A DNA stretch of 63,410 bases, the filler included, from Bigelowiella natans CCMP2755 (Eukaryota; Protista; Cercozoa): the NCBI GenBank assembly GCA_000320545.1. It is 6 parts of 6 records of this genome, joined end to end, with 100 filler letters (N's around TTAATTAATTAA, not from the genome) between each part and the next. Parts side by side here need not be neighbours in the genome. Positions count along the whole stretch, not along the records: positions 1 to 31,023 come from ADNK01003461.1; 5 more parts are not named here. The stretch is one strand, 5' to 3'. The notes below the pieces were generated by a model. That model was not told the origin of the DNA, searched no databases, and saw nothing but the letters and a program-made list of their open reading frames with translations. The position numbers were made by a program, and so were the translations under genes. Below, one piece after another: positions 1 to 13,300 of the stretch. The stretch's first letter is position 1; every line of letters starts with the position of its first letter.

Positions 1-344
1 ATTCCCTTGCCAATTGGGAGGTTTGTTACTACTTACTCACTCGTATGTAGTAGTAGTAGGAGGAGGAGGAGGAGGAGGAGGAGGAGGAGGAGGAGAGAGT
101 TACGTGCACAGCCTATTTTCCAAAAAGCAAATCCGCATGAAAGAAGCATTCCCAGCGGGAAATACATCGTTGGGCGCGAAAATGCTCTCGCGAGCATGCT
201 CATTTCTCGATATTCTTCGATCTCCCAGAAAATACAGAATAGCCACCTAGATGTGGGCATTCGTGCACGGTTTTGCGCTTCTCCTGCTCTGCGCTCACGC
301 CTCTCATATGCCACCGTCGTCGTCGTCATCATCATCATCATCAG

Positions 345-971
345 GCACTGGGATCTTCAAGTTTCGGCTGCATTTAATCTCCAATACATACATGGGAGTC
401 GATATACAGCGCGATTTCGAGATCATCGTTGGCGAGAGGGATGAGGCGCAGGAGGGGGAGGAGGGAGAGGAGGATGACGAGCATGTGGAAGGAAGAGAGC
501 AGGTCTCGGGGTGGAAGGGTGGGGGGAGGGGGGAAGGGGAGGGAGGGGTGATGATGATGGCGGTGGTAGTAATGATGATGGTGGTGTGGAATGGGTAGCT
601 TCTGAGAGTTGATGTAGCTAAATTGCTCTGTTGTTGGTTGCTGAGTTGGCGCTGTCGTACATCGGTGTTCGCCGCGTTATATCGCAAGCAGTCATCATCA
701 TCAAACACCACCTGCCATCAACCCATCCTCCACTATTGAAGACAAGCCGTAAACAACTCTCCGCCCTTCCCCTCCCTTCCCCCTTCCCCCTCAGAGCTTC
801 CTGGAGGGTCTCCTCGCGTATGAGGATGGCGCGTGGGGGCCATGGTACTACCTATGGTATCCGAATCTGTGTGCTCTTGTTGTAGATATGATAGCGTTGG
901 CGCTTCTTGCAATGTTCATCTTCAACTTCTTATTCTCGCGCGGATACTGGCAAGATTACGTCTCCCCGTGA
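345..971 (+). CDS. 3' exons of a Sec63-domain protein with acidic tract and C-terminal transmembrane helix (5' part outside window or unresolved)
   Basis: Exon 345-502 reads GTGIFKFRLHLISNTYMGVDIQRDFEIIVGE plus an E/D-rich tract, resembling the Sec63/Brr2 C-terminal G-x-Y/F...SDSY-x-G-x-D motif. GT-AG intron 503-794. Last exon SFLEGLLAYEDGAWGPWYYLWYPNLCALVVDMIALALLAMFIFNFLFSRGYWQDYVSP ends at TGA 969-971. Confidence 0.5.
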
Positions 972-2098
972 TCGAGGTAGTGTGTGTGAGGAGGGCGGTG
1001 GGGTTACCCGATGTGCTATTTTCGGGTCCTTTATTCACCCGCATCTTGTTTGTTGTGTTGGAACTTTCCGGAGAAGTTGAGGTGGGGGGGGGGCGGGGGG
1101 GGTCGTGACCGTGCGAAAACAGCGTGGATTTCCTTTCATGTACATTTCACCAAAAAAGCGATTATTCACATACTCCTATTTGCGTCCGATGTCGTCGCTT
1201 TTGCTGGTAGATGGTGGGCAATTCCACGGTGTTCAATCAAGGATTTTCCAAGCTACAATCGTTGTTTGGGGTGCCCGAAGATGCCTCTGGTCTCGAAGAT
1301 GAGCTCTAGTGGTAGAGCATTGCAGTCGGGGATTTTTGGTGGTGGTGGGGGGGGGGGAGAACGGCTGCCACCTGCATCGCAGCTAGCAAAAGGCTTTTGT
1401 GTTATCATTGTGTTTACATCATGTGATCGTGAGTGTGTGTATCACCGTGCTGCTGCTGCTGAAAACAAAATCTGGCACATGAACATTGAGAATTGATCAA
1501 ATAGCATGGTAGTCAGATCTGTTGTGTGCTTTGCTAGTTTGCTGCCTACGCTATGCTAGTATGTGGCACGGCGCAATGACATTCACTTGCAGCTTCAACT
1601 GCTATGCTGCTGCTGCGCATGCATACCTAGACATTGCCAGCTTTTTGACGCTCAAGCCACAACCATTCCAGCATTGCTGTTCGATCACCACTACTGACAC
1701 GACCGTGCATGTTTGCAGTGCACTCTAGCACTGCGTCTAATGACTAGTTAGTTTAGGACAATCAGACGCTACACATTATTGTAACCATGCTTGTGATCGC
1801 GCAAGTGATGCCTTCACGTTTGTGCAGTATAACACTGCTTCTATGACATAGGCGCGTTACGCATGTGCGCAACATCTATGTACACCAGCATGGCATGCTA
1901 CATACATTAAATACATCACATGCGCATACGCGTCTGACTAGGCTGCATCGTAGGTGCATTATAAGCGTGTAGACAAGATGCGCGCAATCTGCCGTAGCTA
2001 ATGATTATAATATAATGATCCACGTGACATAATGGCGTGACTAATCATTGCAAGAGATCTATGCTATTCTTGAAGAATGATAGCTACCGCCCGTCTTG

Positions 2099-3904
2099 TC
2101 AGCAGTTTCTTAGCCAAGCCTCCATCTCCACCGCCGGCACCGCGATTAAATCCTCCGAAATGGCGAAGATTTCAGTATCAGCGCTAACTTCATTTTTGAT
2201 CGTTCTCTCAATCGTCCGACTCCCTATTATGCCATGCATGTGTTGCGGGTGTGATTTCAGCGGAACATCCGGGCGAGTGAAGTAGATCTTCAAATCCCTG
2301 ATATTATCACTCTCTCCCCCCTCTTCTTCCCACGATCTCCGGATCTCACGTAGAGCTTGGATAATTGCGCATGATCCAACAAGCGCGTCCCAACCTGTCA
2401 CATCGACTTCCCAATCTTCTCTATCCCTCCAGTGATTCCGAAGGCCCTTCTGACAAATAAGGTCGTAGACCTCTGCTCGGCCGCTCTCCCCGTCATGTAT
2501 GCGCCGCATTCGCAGTATGACCCGAAGAACTTCATCGTCTACCTCGCTGGCGTCCTGAACCTTGCTCAGAAACGAGTCAACAAGGCTGATGGCTTCTTCA
2601 AAGAGCCCGACATCGTGCTTAAGGAGGATGACGTGGCGGAACGTTTCCGCATTCGGTATGAGGCCTCTCTCCCTCTCCTGCGCCCTCATCGTGTCCTCGA
2701 ACAAGGCGATACCCTTGGAATGCTTCACGGCCTTACGGCACATATCTAGCGCGTTGTTATAGAGCCGAAGCTCTCTAGGATGCATTTCCTGCTGCGTGTT
2801 TGCAAGGGTGAATTCCCCCAGAGTTTTCAAGACCCCGTCGATGTCTCTGATGTTGGCGTATCCGTTCATCATAACTCGGTAGGTATCGAAATCTCTCCGA
2901 TCCTTAAGCTTCGCGAAAAGAGACTCCATCTGCTCCTTCTTCCCGCAGGTGCCAACAACGTCCAGCAGGGCGTTTGCCACTTTGGTATGCTCGGAGAGCT
3001 CGTCCTCCCAAAGCTTCTGGCGCACCAGAAAGGCAGCGCGCCAGTCTCTCATCCGCCGGCAGACCTGCATCAGTGCGATGTACGTCTCGATCGTTCTCTC
3101 CACCCCATTCGCTTTCATCATTTCCACGAGCTGGATGCCCTGTTCCACCGTCTCCGCGCACAGAATAGTCACATCCCAGTACCTCGAGTTTGTCGGCAGA
3201 GTAACGTTCATCATCTCTGTAGCGAGCTGCCTGGCGAGGGCTGCACCGTCGGGGCCGTCGCTAAACTTTAAAACCAACTTCACGACACGTCTGTAAGCCT
3301 CTAACTTCGTGGTTGTTTCTCCGCTTTGCTTGATCGTATCTAAGACGCGGAACGCTATCGCTAGTCGGCTCTTCCGGTCTTCACCTGTAATCGATACCCT
3401 TCCACGCGCGAGGGATTCCAGTAGAGAGCGTGCCGCCGGCGCTCGGATTCCCTCGTTGCACCACCTACTCGCATGCTCAAACACCAAATAGCCAGCATCG
3501 AAGTTTGAAACCTGCTTGCACAGCCTGATAGCCTCTGTATACTGTTCCTGGGAAAGGGGGTGCGTCAGTTTCTCGAGGATGTCCCCAACGCGCACTTCTA
3601 TCGCCTTCTCGTCGGCCTTCGCGGTCTCTGGTCGACCCATTCCATTATTCTTCGAATCTGAACATAGAACCCCGTCGAGGTAGTCCAATAGCTCTCCCCT
3701 CGGCTCTTTTAATTTACCTTCAGAGCTCACTTGCTCCGCTGTTGAGGCGGAGGATCTTGTTACCACCGCCAACGGCCGCATGACGTCCAAGCGATGGCCT
3801 CGGTGGCAGCAACGTAGAGGAGGTGGAAGCTTCATACTACGGAATGAAATAGGACGTAGTATATTTTGCCATAGCCCCCTTGCCCTCCTGCTGCCCCTCC
3901 ACAT
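2099..3904 (-). CDS. Intronless pentatricopeptide-repeat protein, probably organelle-targeted, with a degenerate SMR-like C-terminal domain
   Basis: ~600-aa ORF with ATG at 3904 (the track starts at an upstream GTG). Arg-rich, acid-poor N-terminus. PPR-like units TYIALMQVC, VANALLDVVG, TYRVMMNGYA, LYNNALDMC, PNAETFRHVI. C-terminal EVDVTGWDALVGSCAIIQAL...LKIYFTR. Confidence 0.85.
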   Translation of the reverse strand: MWRGSRRARGLWQNILRPISFRSMKLPPPLRCCHRGHRLDVMRPLAVVTRSSASTAEQVSSEGKLKEPRGELLDYLDGVLCSDSKNNGMGRPETAKADEKAIEVRVGDILEKLTHPLSQEQYTEAIRLCKQVSNFDAGYLVFEHASRWCNEGIRAPAARSLLESLARGRVSITGEDRKSRLAIAFRVLDTIKQSGETTTKLEAYRRVVKLVLKFSDGPDGAALARQLATEMMNVTLPTNSRYWDVTILCAETVEQGIQLVEMMKANGVERTIETYIALMQVCRRMRDWRAAFLVRQKLWEDELSEHTKVANALLDVVGTCGKKEQMESLFAKLKDRRDFDTYRVMMNGYANIRDIDGVLKTLGEFTLANTQQEMHPRELRLYNNALDMCRKAVKHSKGIALFEDTMRAQERERGLIPNAETFRHVILLKHDVGLFEEAISLVDSFLSKVQDASEVDDEVLRVILRMRRIHDGESGRAEVYDLICQKGLRNHWRDREDWEVDVTGWDALVGSCAIIQALREIRRSWEEEGGESDNIRDLKIYFTRPDVPLKSHPQHMHGIIGSRTIERTIKNEVSADTEIFAISEDLIAVPAVEMEAWLRNC

Positions 3905-4647
3905 CGTCGACAGGGGGTGGGCACCACTCACTAGCCAATTCCTACTCGTGGATATTTGAATTATATGTAGGTAATTTGACCATACATTTTAGCCTAAAAT
4001 ACTGATTTAACAACAACATTAACAACCTTCTCAACTCACGACAGCTTCGAAGCTGTTGTGATATTCCTGGGTGTATATTTTGACTAGCTCCATATCTGAA
4101 AGGCCTCTCGAACACGTAGAAATGTCGACGGTTGGCGTTGTCGTAGTCCTCAAATCCATGTCATCGTGCTGATGTGATCTGTCTCAGAGAGGCGTTTCCT
4201 CGAGAAGTATGTCGTAATAGAAGAATACATGCGATTTCCACTATACCCTGCAACTTTGCACGAACTAACTCGGTAAACTATTCAGATCTAAAATCGACAA
4301 AAAGCCTAGTATCGCCTCTTATTTTGAATTTTAATTTCTTTATTTTATTGTCGCTTTTATAAATTAAATCGCATTCTTATAAATTATAATGCATTTAACT
4401 CCTCCTCTGATCTGCTACCCTTTGTTCAGTTACGACTAACGAGAAACCGAGAGGCTTGCACCCCACACCCGCTCTCTAAATCTCAGCCAACGTAGCAGCG
4501 AGATTACCCTCACAATCGTTCGGGGGTCGCGTTGGAGGGTTGGGGATTGACACGTAGGTATAATTAAAAAAAGAGCCGAAGATTGGGGAGCTTTGGCAGT
4601 TTTAAGTTGCTTCAAGCTGTCTGATCGTTTCGCTGTGGAGAAGAACG

Positions 4648-6655
4648 ATGACAGATGTGAAGGAAAACACAGATAGCGCCGGAAAGGATACAAAGCACTC
4701 CACGGCAGATACTAAGCATGGGTGATTCAATCTAAAAATGTTTATTGTGGTGTATTTCTTTGTTTGCCTGCTCCAGGGAACGTATCTCTCTTCTATGCTC
4801 ATTCATTTTCTTCTACTTCTCCTCACCACAGGGGGGATGCTGGCAAGGGCGGCGACGACATGAAAAACATGTAGGCTCCTAAATCAACAGCTTTTTTTTC
4901 AAGATATGCAAACCCGTACTGAATTTTGTTTCGGTGATAAGGGAGAACAAAGCTCTGACAAAACACGAGGGTGGCGACGACGAGGAGGAGCCCGATGAAG
5001 ACGCAGGGCTAGAGATTGATGACGTGATTAATTTTTCAAAACACACGCACGAATGATCACATGTGCCAGTGTATATTACTCGATTTTTTACTGAAGTTTT
5101 ATCACCTATCATACCTTTGAAGCTGCCCCTTCCCCTCATCCTTATCCATCCCAGCACACATCAAAGGAGTATTCTCTAATCCCACTATCGATTAACCCCA
5201 AAAAAATTCCCTATTCTCCAGGTCGCAGAGGACGCGGACGGGATATATGAAGACCCCGAAGAAGCGGAGGATATCGATCCTAAGAAAATAGCAGCGATGA
5301 TGTACAAAGCTCTCGATAAAAAGGAGCTCAAGCCAGACCTGATCTTAGCGCCATTCCCTATGACCAATGATGGCTTCGGAAACGCCGAGGGCAAAGATAT
5401 TATCCCGCTCAAGATGTTGATTAGATTAGGAGCCTATGATAGATTGAAAAAGGATAAGCGCCAGGCTGCGCAAGGATTTGCTCTGTTTTCAATGACCCCG
5501 GGCGGCCAAGATGAGATCATGCACTACAAAGCCAACCAAGGTATGAATCCCTCTGCCCCTGCCTTGTTGAGCGCTACTTCTAAAGGCAAGCGCGATCTGT
5601 CGATCTTGCTTGACCCACAGTGTCTCTATTCACATGCAACCAGTGAACGTTCGCACAAGACACATTTACATCACTTCCAGTCGAAACAAACACTGGCTAA
5701 TTAATCCCGGTATTGATGCATTTGGCAGGTATTCGGTGTCTCTTTGAAGGCCTCGTGTACCAGGATCATATCGTACAGCTTTACAGCGCTGTCGCACTGG
5801 CAAACATCGCATCCAACCTCATTCACCGGAAGAAGCTGGTGCAGGCAGGAATCATGGAACGCGCTTTTAGAGTTGCAAGCAACAAGGAGCTCGAGGACGA
5901 ATGTAGAATATCAGCTCTTTGCTGTCTGTCGCACCTTGCTGCGACACCGGAAATGCACCACCTTTTCCACCCTTTTGTTCCCAGACTGATGGGCTATCTC
6001 GAGGAGCCAGCGATCCTATTCGTGCAGAACACGGCTGTGATCCTGCACAATCTCAGCTGCAACCGAGCCATGTGGCTCACGTTGATGAATAACCGGGTCA
6101 TCACTGCGACGGGGAAGATGCTGTCCTCGCAGAGCGCCAACATCCAGGCGCAGCTGCACATGCTGCGGATCCTCGAGAACATAGGGATTGAAGACAAGAT
6201 CCGCGTCGAGATATCAAAATCGGGGATTTTGGAGGTCACGACGGAGCTCATGCAAGTGACAACTAGCGCAAATCTTCGCACGGAGCTCATCTTCCTCTAC
6301 TCGATTCTCACCGCGAGCCGGGTTTCGCACTCCTTCCTCATGACGACCCCGAACTCGCTCAAAACCATCCTCATGCTGCTCGAGGACAACGCGGCGATTT
6401 CGGAGAAGATGCTGTACTTCGCCACGTCCGTCGTCGCAAACATCTGTGCCAACTCAGACTACCAAGCAAATGTCATTGAGGAGGGGGGGTTAAACCTCCT
6501 CATCAAGCTGCTAGAGCGGCCGACGTTGCACATAAACACCTGTATTCAGACGCTGCGTGCTCTTTCCGGGATGGCCACCGCGCGGAAGATCCATAACGTG
6601 CTGCTGAAGAAAGACACATTCGAGCTGGCTCTACCATGTCTGCATATTATTCATA

Positions 6656-6741
<86 letters not shown>

Positions 6742-6801
6742 CGAATTTCGTTATCAAATAGAATAAATACGGTGTTCGGCTTTTTGAAAGTGTATGTGGG
6801 G

Positions 6802-6845
<44 letters not shown>

Positions 6846-9800
6846 AGGGGGCGGGAGAGACAACTGGAGATTGCGTATGTTAGAGCGCAAATGGTATCTG
6901 GACACAGAAACTAAAACAAGAATTTTCGAATTTATTTATTTTTCCAACCCAAAACAGGCACGGTCTCTAGTGTGCTCCTTTGCCAGCAGTTCGCGTGTTG
7001 TTTGGTTGCATTCTTCTCGGAGCACGTGCACGTTTGTCAGCGCCTGGCCGAGCCGACCTACTGTGGGCGTTTCCTCAAGATCGCCTCACAGCCGCACACG
7101 CCGATGCACACTATTCGATACACCCTCCTCATCTTAGCGAACATCGCCTCCGCGCAGGTGAATCACCGCGTGGTGATGGAAGCCATCGACAACATGAACC
7201 AGATCAAGTTCATTGACATTCTCAACAACAGCGACCACATGGTGCTGCACAACTACTCGCTCTTCATCGCAAACCTCTCCACGAGCAAGGAGAACCAGAC
7301 GCGGCTCTCGAAGCCTAAGCTTCTGGCTAAGATGCGCCCGCTCATGAGCCAGCCGCAGAAGAAAACCGTCTATAACGTCATGTGCTATCTCGCCAACATC
7401 TCCGCTCTCCCGGAGAACCGACAGCCTATCATGGACGTGATGGGGGAGGCTGTTGTCGGGTTTATAGATCTCCTCGAGCCTGAATATGAGCTCGTGACCG
7501 CGCGCACGCTTCTGAACCTCTCCTACAATCGATACTGCAAGAAGATGTTCATGGGACCTTTGCGGGACAAGTTCGGTGTGATGACGAAAGCCCTTGCAGC
7601 TGCCTCGACGGTGCAGGTGAGGCGGATGACCGTGATGATGCTCGCGAACATCTCCCACGAGGAGGCCGTGCGGCACATGCTCTTGGAGCGGCCGTACATC
7701 GACGTCATCTTGTCCTCCCTCTACAACGACGTGAAGCAGCAGGAGAGCGCGCTGCTGTCCTGCATCAACATCACCTCCAGCAAGGCCTCGGTTCGGAAGC
7801 TGAACAAGATGCACTTCGTCACGCAGCTGAGCGCGTGCCTGTCCTCCCCCCACGCCACCTGCCGCATCGAGAGCTATATATGCCTCGCGCATTTCGCCGA
7901 GCATGAGCTGGCGCATGTGGATTTGATGGAAGTGAACCTCGTGCAGTTCTTCCTCAACTTATGCGTGAAGCAGGCCGTAGGGCCGGGGATCATCGAGAAG
8001 CGCGTCTGTCTCTTAGCCGTGTGCAACTTCTGCCGCCACCAGACGAACCATCGCTACCTCACAAACACGGGCGTCCTGCTCACGAAGGGCATCATCGAGT
8101 GCTTCGATGGCGCCACGGATGAGCACACGATGCTCTACGGCGCGCAAACGCTCTCGAATCTGGCCACGACGATGGCGCAGAACCAGATGTTCTCCGACAC
8201 CCTGTTCCTGCAGAAGCTCATCAAGCTCTCGCACGCCTGCAAGGACTACCAAACGAAGCACTTCCTCCTCATAACGCTCCGTAGCCTGGCCCGACACCGC
8301 GCCTACGGCCTCAAATTCCTGGAAACAAACATGGCAGCTTACCTCGTCACGGAGATGAACGCCCCGCTACCCGCCGACTGCGCAGCGGACTCCAAGGAAG
8401 GCCGGGCAAGGCGTAAGATGTATCTCGAGCTCGTAAGATACCAAATCATGCATATCGTCTTCAACCTCTCCCTCAGCGGCGCGTTCTCCATCGATTTAGT
8501 GCGCAAGGGGGCGGTCCCAGCACTCATCACGGTGCTGAACAAGCCGGCGACGCCCGCGAATATCTGCGTCCTGACGGCGAAAACTCTGGCCAACTTCGGC
8601 TCGAGCGGCGAGTATGCATCCGTGCGTGGCCTCATGGAGCGCGGCGCCGCCGGGCTCGATTGCATCCTCAAGTACTTCGAGAACCTGAAAAACCAAGCTC
8701 TGGAAGCCATTGCGCAGAAGAAAAAGGAGGCGCGGATGTTCGCGAAGACCGGCGCGCGGCTGCCGCCGAAGAAGATTGACCCAAGCGCATCAACAATACC
8801 CGGCCTCACCGTTGGAGAGCTGGAGGTGCTGCAGGCCATTGGGTGGTGCTATGCGAGCTTAGTGGCCGACCCAGAGAACCAGAAAGAGGTATTCCGGTGG
8901 TTAGGAATGAAGCGCTCGTTAGAGTCTATTCGCAACTTCTTGACCTGCCCTATCTCCGAGCTGCAAACAGCTGGCGGTTGGGTCATCGCGACAATCACCT
9001 CGAAGCCGCACCAGGGCGGAGCGCCCATGATCTCGATGTACCCCGAGATCATCAACACGCTGGCCAAGCTGGTCAACGACCCTGACACGAAGCAAGCCGT
9101 CTCGAAGTACTGCATGCACGCGCTCTCGAGCATCAGCTACAACCCCAAGGACCACAAGGACCTCCTTGCGCGCGCTAAGAAGGTTTTCGAGGGACTCCAA
9201 AAGTCCGCTGCGGCGATGATCAAGGCGGCTGACTCGAAGAACGAAGCTGGCATCAAGACTGTTCGTCAGATGGCCCTTATGATATCAAACTTGGCCTCGA
9301 ACGACGAAAACCACACGTTCCTTCAGACGCAGCTCCCGCTCACGCGGGTTGAGGCGATGGGCGGCGTCGCCGACGATGAAACCAAGATGTTTACAGCGAG
9401 CATCCTGAGCGGCTACGCGGTAAATCTGGAGATGGCGGAGATGGTGGTCAACGCGAAGAGCTTCATCCCTTTGCTCAATCGTATTGCAATGACAACGGTG
9501 AACCCAGAGACACATCGCGTCATTGCTGCCGCTTTCTGCTCGCTGAGCGGCTACAGCCATCTCATCAATCAGTGCTTGAATCAGCAGATCCTCACCGGCC
9601 TCGTGTACCTCGGCTTGTCCTCCGACATCAAGATGCAGGCGTACACCGTGACGTGCTTGTGTCGTTTGCTCTCTGCAAACACCTCGAAAGACTACGCGGA
9701 TACGTTCTCTAGCCCGCTGCAACAAGTCCTCGATCATGAGAAGGGCGCACACGCCATTTGGAACCTTCTCATGTCGGAGAGCATGTACGTCGCGTGGGAG

Positions 9801-10300
9801 ACCGTCCGGTTGCTGACGCTCCTCATCCAGCATGAGCGCGCGCCGAAGGTCCTCGCCGACGTGCAGCTCTTCCGCAAGGTGCTCAAGCTCGGCCTCGACA
9901 GCATCCCCACCCCCGGCAAGAAGAAGAAGAAGAAAAAGAAGAAGAAGAAGAAAAAGGAGGAGGAGAAGAAGAAGAAGGAGGAGGAGGAGAAGAAGAAGAA
10001 GGGAGAGGAGAAGAAGGATGACACTGACAACCCATTCGAAGCCAAGGAGGAAATCGATAAGACCACGTGGTGGTGGAAGCCGGCAGAGGACGCGCCGCAC
10101 GAGTGAGTAGCGAGCTGCTAACGCAGAAGAAAAAGAAGAAAAGAAGAATGACTAATCTACTGATATTATGTATATAGTTGTGCGTGTGTGTATGTGTGTG
10201 TGTGTGCGTGCGTGCGTTGTTTGTTTAGATATGATTACCATTGAGAAACATCCGAATCGGCATTTAGCTAATCTCTCTCCCTCTCCCTCTCCCTCTCTCT

Positions 10301-10345
<45 letters not shown>

Positions 10346-13300
10346 ATTCAACAGGTATCACCTCGCCGTTGTCGTCCGGTCGCTCATCAGCATGAAGCTG
10401 ACGCACGACCCGCTCGTCTACACGGATTTCGACAGCGACCATGAGATGAAAGTCTTCCTCACACGGCTTTCCAAGGCCGCGAAACGAGGCATGGACATCC
10501 AAGCGGACTGTACGTTTGTGCTGGTGAGAGAGGGGCTCCTTGACCTCCTTGTCCGCTTCTCAGGCCTCACCGCGAAGACGGCCATCGGCCCACTCAACGA
10601 CCTAGCACATGACGTGCGCTATCTCGGTTGCGAGACGCTGCTGCTACTCTTCAAGGATCCCGAAATCACGACGTTCGTCATGGACTCTGCGAAGCTGACA
10701 AAGCAGCTCACGGGCGCGCTCGATATGGTTCTGCGCTCCTGCCCAAGGACGTCCACCGAGGTCCTCCAAGCCGTGTGCGCAATAGCGGTGAAGCTGTGCG
10801 ACGACGAGAAGCATGGCTTGAAGTACCAGGACGAGCTAATGGATCAGCAGCTCTTCTCCTCCATCATCCACACGGCGCACATCTGCCCGGCGGCTTCACC
10901 GATCCAGGATGCGTGCATGTACCTCCTAGCGAAGCTCGGCAACAACGACGATTTCCTGCCGAAGCTGATCAAGCAGGACATCTACCTCAAGTGCTGGATC
11001 CACATCGCGCACTCCGTGCACAACCTCGTCTCCGACAAGAAGAACATGGCGCTGCGCAACAAGGCGCCGGCCCTCGCAGAGAAGGTGGGAGAGAAGAAGG
11101 GAAAGAGGATCAACAAGAAGGGCAAGGGGCTCGGCATCGAGGTGGTGCCTGCCTCGTACGTCTCGCAGTATTGCAAGATTACCCCGGACAACTTGATCGT
11201 GAGAATCTGGCAGATGCTCAACAACAAGTGGGACATCGCTCAGGTGTGGGTTGCGAAGGTCTTCTTCAACCTGACCCGTGTGATGGAGGTCCACGAGGAG
11301 ACGCGTGGAGGTGTTGCGGACACGCCCGCGCTGCCAGTCGTCATCTCGCTGCTCGGCTCGGATAACCTTCTCTGTGTGGCGCTGGGTATCTTCCTTCTTT
11401 CCAGCGAAGTGCCGAACCATCAAAGTCACTTGTTCGTGACGCCTTACAACGCCGGAGAGCTGTTGTGGAAGATGGGTCATCTCGAGGAGGAGGCCTACCG
11501 GGAGCTGGTCGTTCTGTCGCTCTGCAAGCTTTCTCGCATCCCGAAGAACATCAGCTTCCTGATGCAAAGCTCCAAATTCACGACGCAGCAGCTCCTCTTC
11601 GACCTCATGCTGGGCACAAAGAAGATGCCGGCCTCGGATCTGATCAAGAGCAACGCGCTCATGGCCATCCACCAGCTCTACGGCAACCAAAGCAGGTCTC
11701 AGAACTCCTACTTCTCCATCGACAAGAAGCAGTACGATCAGCTGCTGAAGCTCACGGCAGATTTCGAGGTGGAGGAGGGCAAGGAGGATGACCTTCCAAT
11801 TCACAGCATGAACCTAGAGTACGAGTCCGGCGCCCCCCAGAACTTCCCTCTCATGGCGCTGACGCTGCTCCTCAACCTCTCCGCATTCCGCGAAAACCAC
11901 GAGACGGTGCTGCAAACCGGCGTCCTGCAATCGATCATGAAGACGCTGATGAAGGGCGAGGTCAGGGACTCGAAATTCACGCGACTGACGGTGATGCTCC
12001 TCTCCAACGTCGCGGCAAATCCGGAGAACCACAGGCGCATCGATTACACAGACACAACTAAGGTTCTGTCTAAGATAGCGAAGGCAAGCTCGGAGCCCGT
12101 CGTACAGCGATTGGCGTGCCTAGCGATATGCAACATGTTCTCCTCGTACATGATAGCCAAGACGGGTCTCTCCATCGATAAAGTCAACGATAAGATCAAG
12201 AAGGCGAAGAAGCTGCTGCCGGTGATGGACGCTCTCTCCATTGCGCGGCTGTCTGAGTACGTCGATGCGGAGTCTACTCGATTCTTGGCTGCCGGGCTGT
12301 GCATGCTAACGACACATCCCGACTATATCTTCCCATCGGACCCTGAGGATTGCGTGCGAGACGAGGACAAAGTGCCTTCTGAGAAGAAGCTCCACCAAGC
12401 CTACTGCGGTTTCTTAGAATCGGTGCTGCACATGGTGAATACGAAGTCTGCAGGCCTCGAAAACGTTCATTACGGCCTGACGACTTTGACCAACTTCACG
12501 CTGAAGATAGACAAACTCCACGAGTGCTTGTATGAGAAGAAGGTGCTGAAGAAGTTCCTCCAGGTCATCGAGTCCGATGACCCCGCGATGCAAGTCCTGG
12601 CCATCCGCGTCCTGCGAAGGTTCATGACAGATAAGTTCCAGATCGAGAAAATCGTGAAGAGCAAGCGCTTCCACTCGGTCGTGCGGCTGGTGAAGTCGGA
12701 CAAGCACAACATCAGGCTGCACATCGCGCAGATGCTGTGCTCCTTCGTGAAGGTCAAGAAGCCGGATCTTGTCAAGGTCGGAAAGGTCCTCATGCCCGCC
12801 TTCATCAAGTCCTGCCAGTCCGATGACCAGTACATCTACTTCTTCTCCGTGATGGCGTTCTTCGAGTTCCTCAAGTTTAACGAAAACCTCAAGCTCCTCG
12901 TCGCCGGAATCCCCAAGAGCGAAGAAAACGGGCTGGGCGTCATCTGTCGCGTGCTGGTGCAGCCGCCGAAGTGTGCGTATACGATCGATAAGCTCGACGA
13001 AGAGGCCGTCGCCAAAGCTGAGGATGTCCCTCCCCTGCGAAAAGTCATCGAAGCTTTCCCATCAGACTCGGAGTCGGACGACGAAGGGAGCTACGAGGAG
13101 CGCATACGCCGAGACGCGGTCGCCCTCATCAAGCGCATCTGCGACAACCCGAAATTCGTGCCGCTCATCGTGAAGTTCGGGGCGTTCGGCACGATTGTAG
13201 ATCAGCTGATGCTGCGCGTTTTCGCGCCAAGCGCCGACATCGCCACGATCATTCGAAACGCGTCCATTAACAAGGCGCTGCAGGTAGAGTTCATCCGAGA

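Noticed and set aside
130-344. In-frame TAG (240-242) upstream of the Sec63-like exon, suggesting stop-codon reassignment or a non-canonical donor
   Set aside because: TAA, TAG and TGA all terminate well-supported genes here, and long exons lack internal stops. The upstream exon is simply unresolved.
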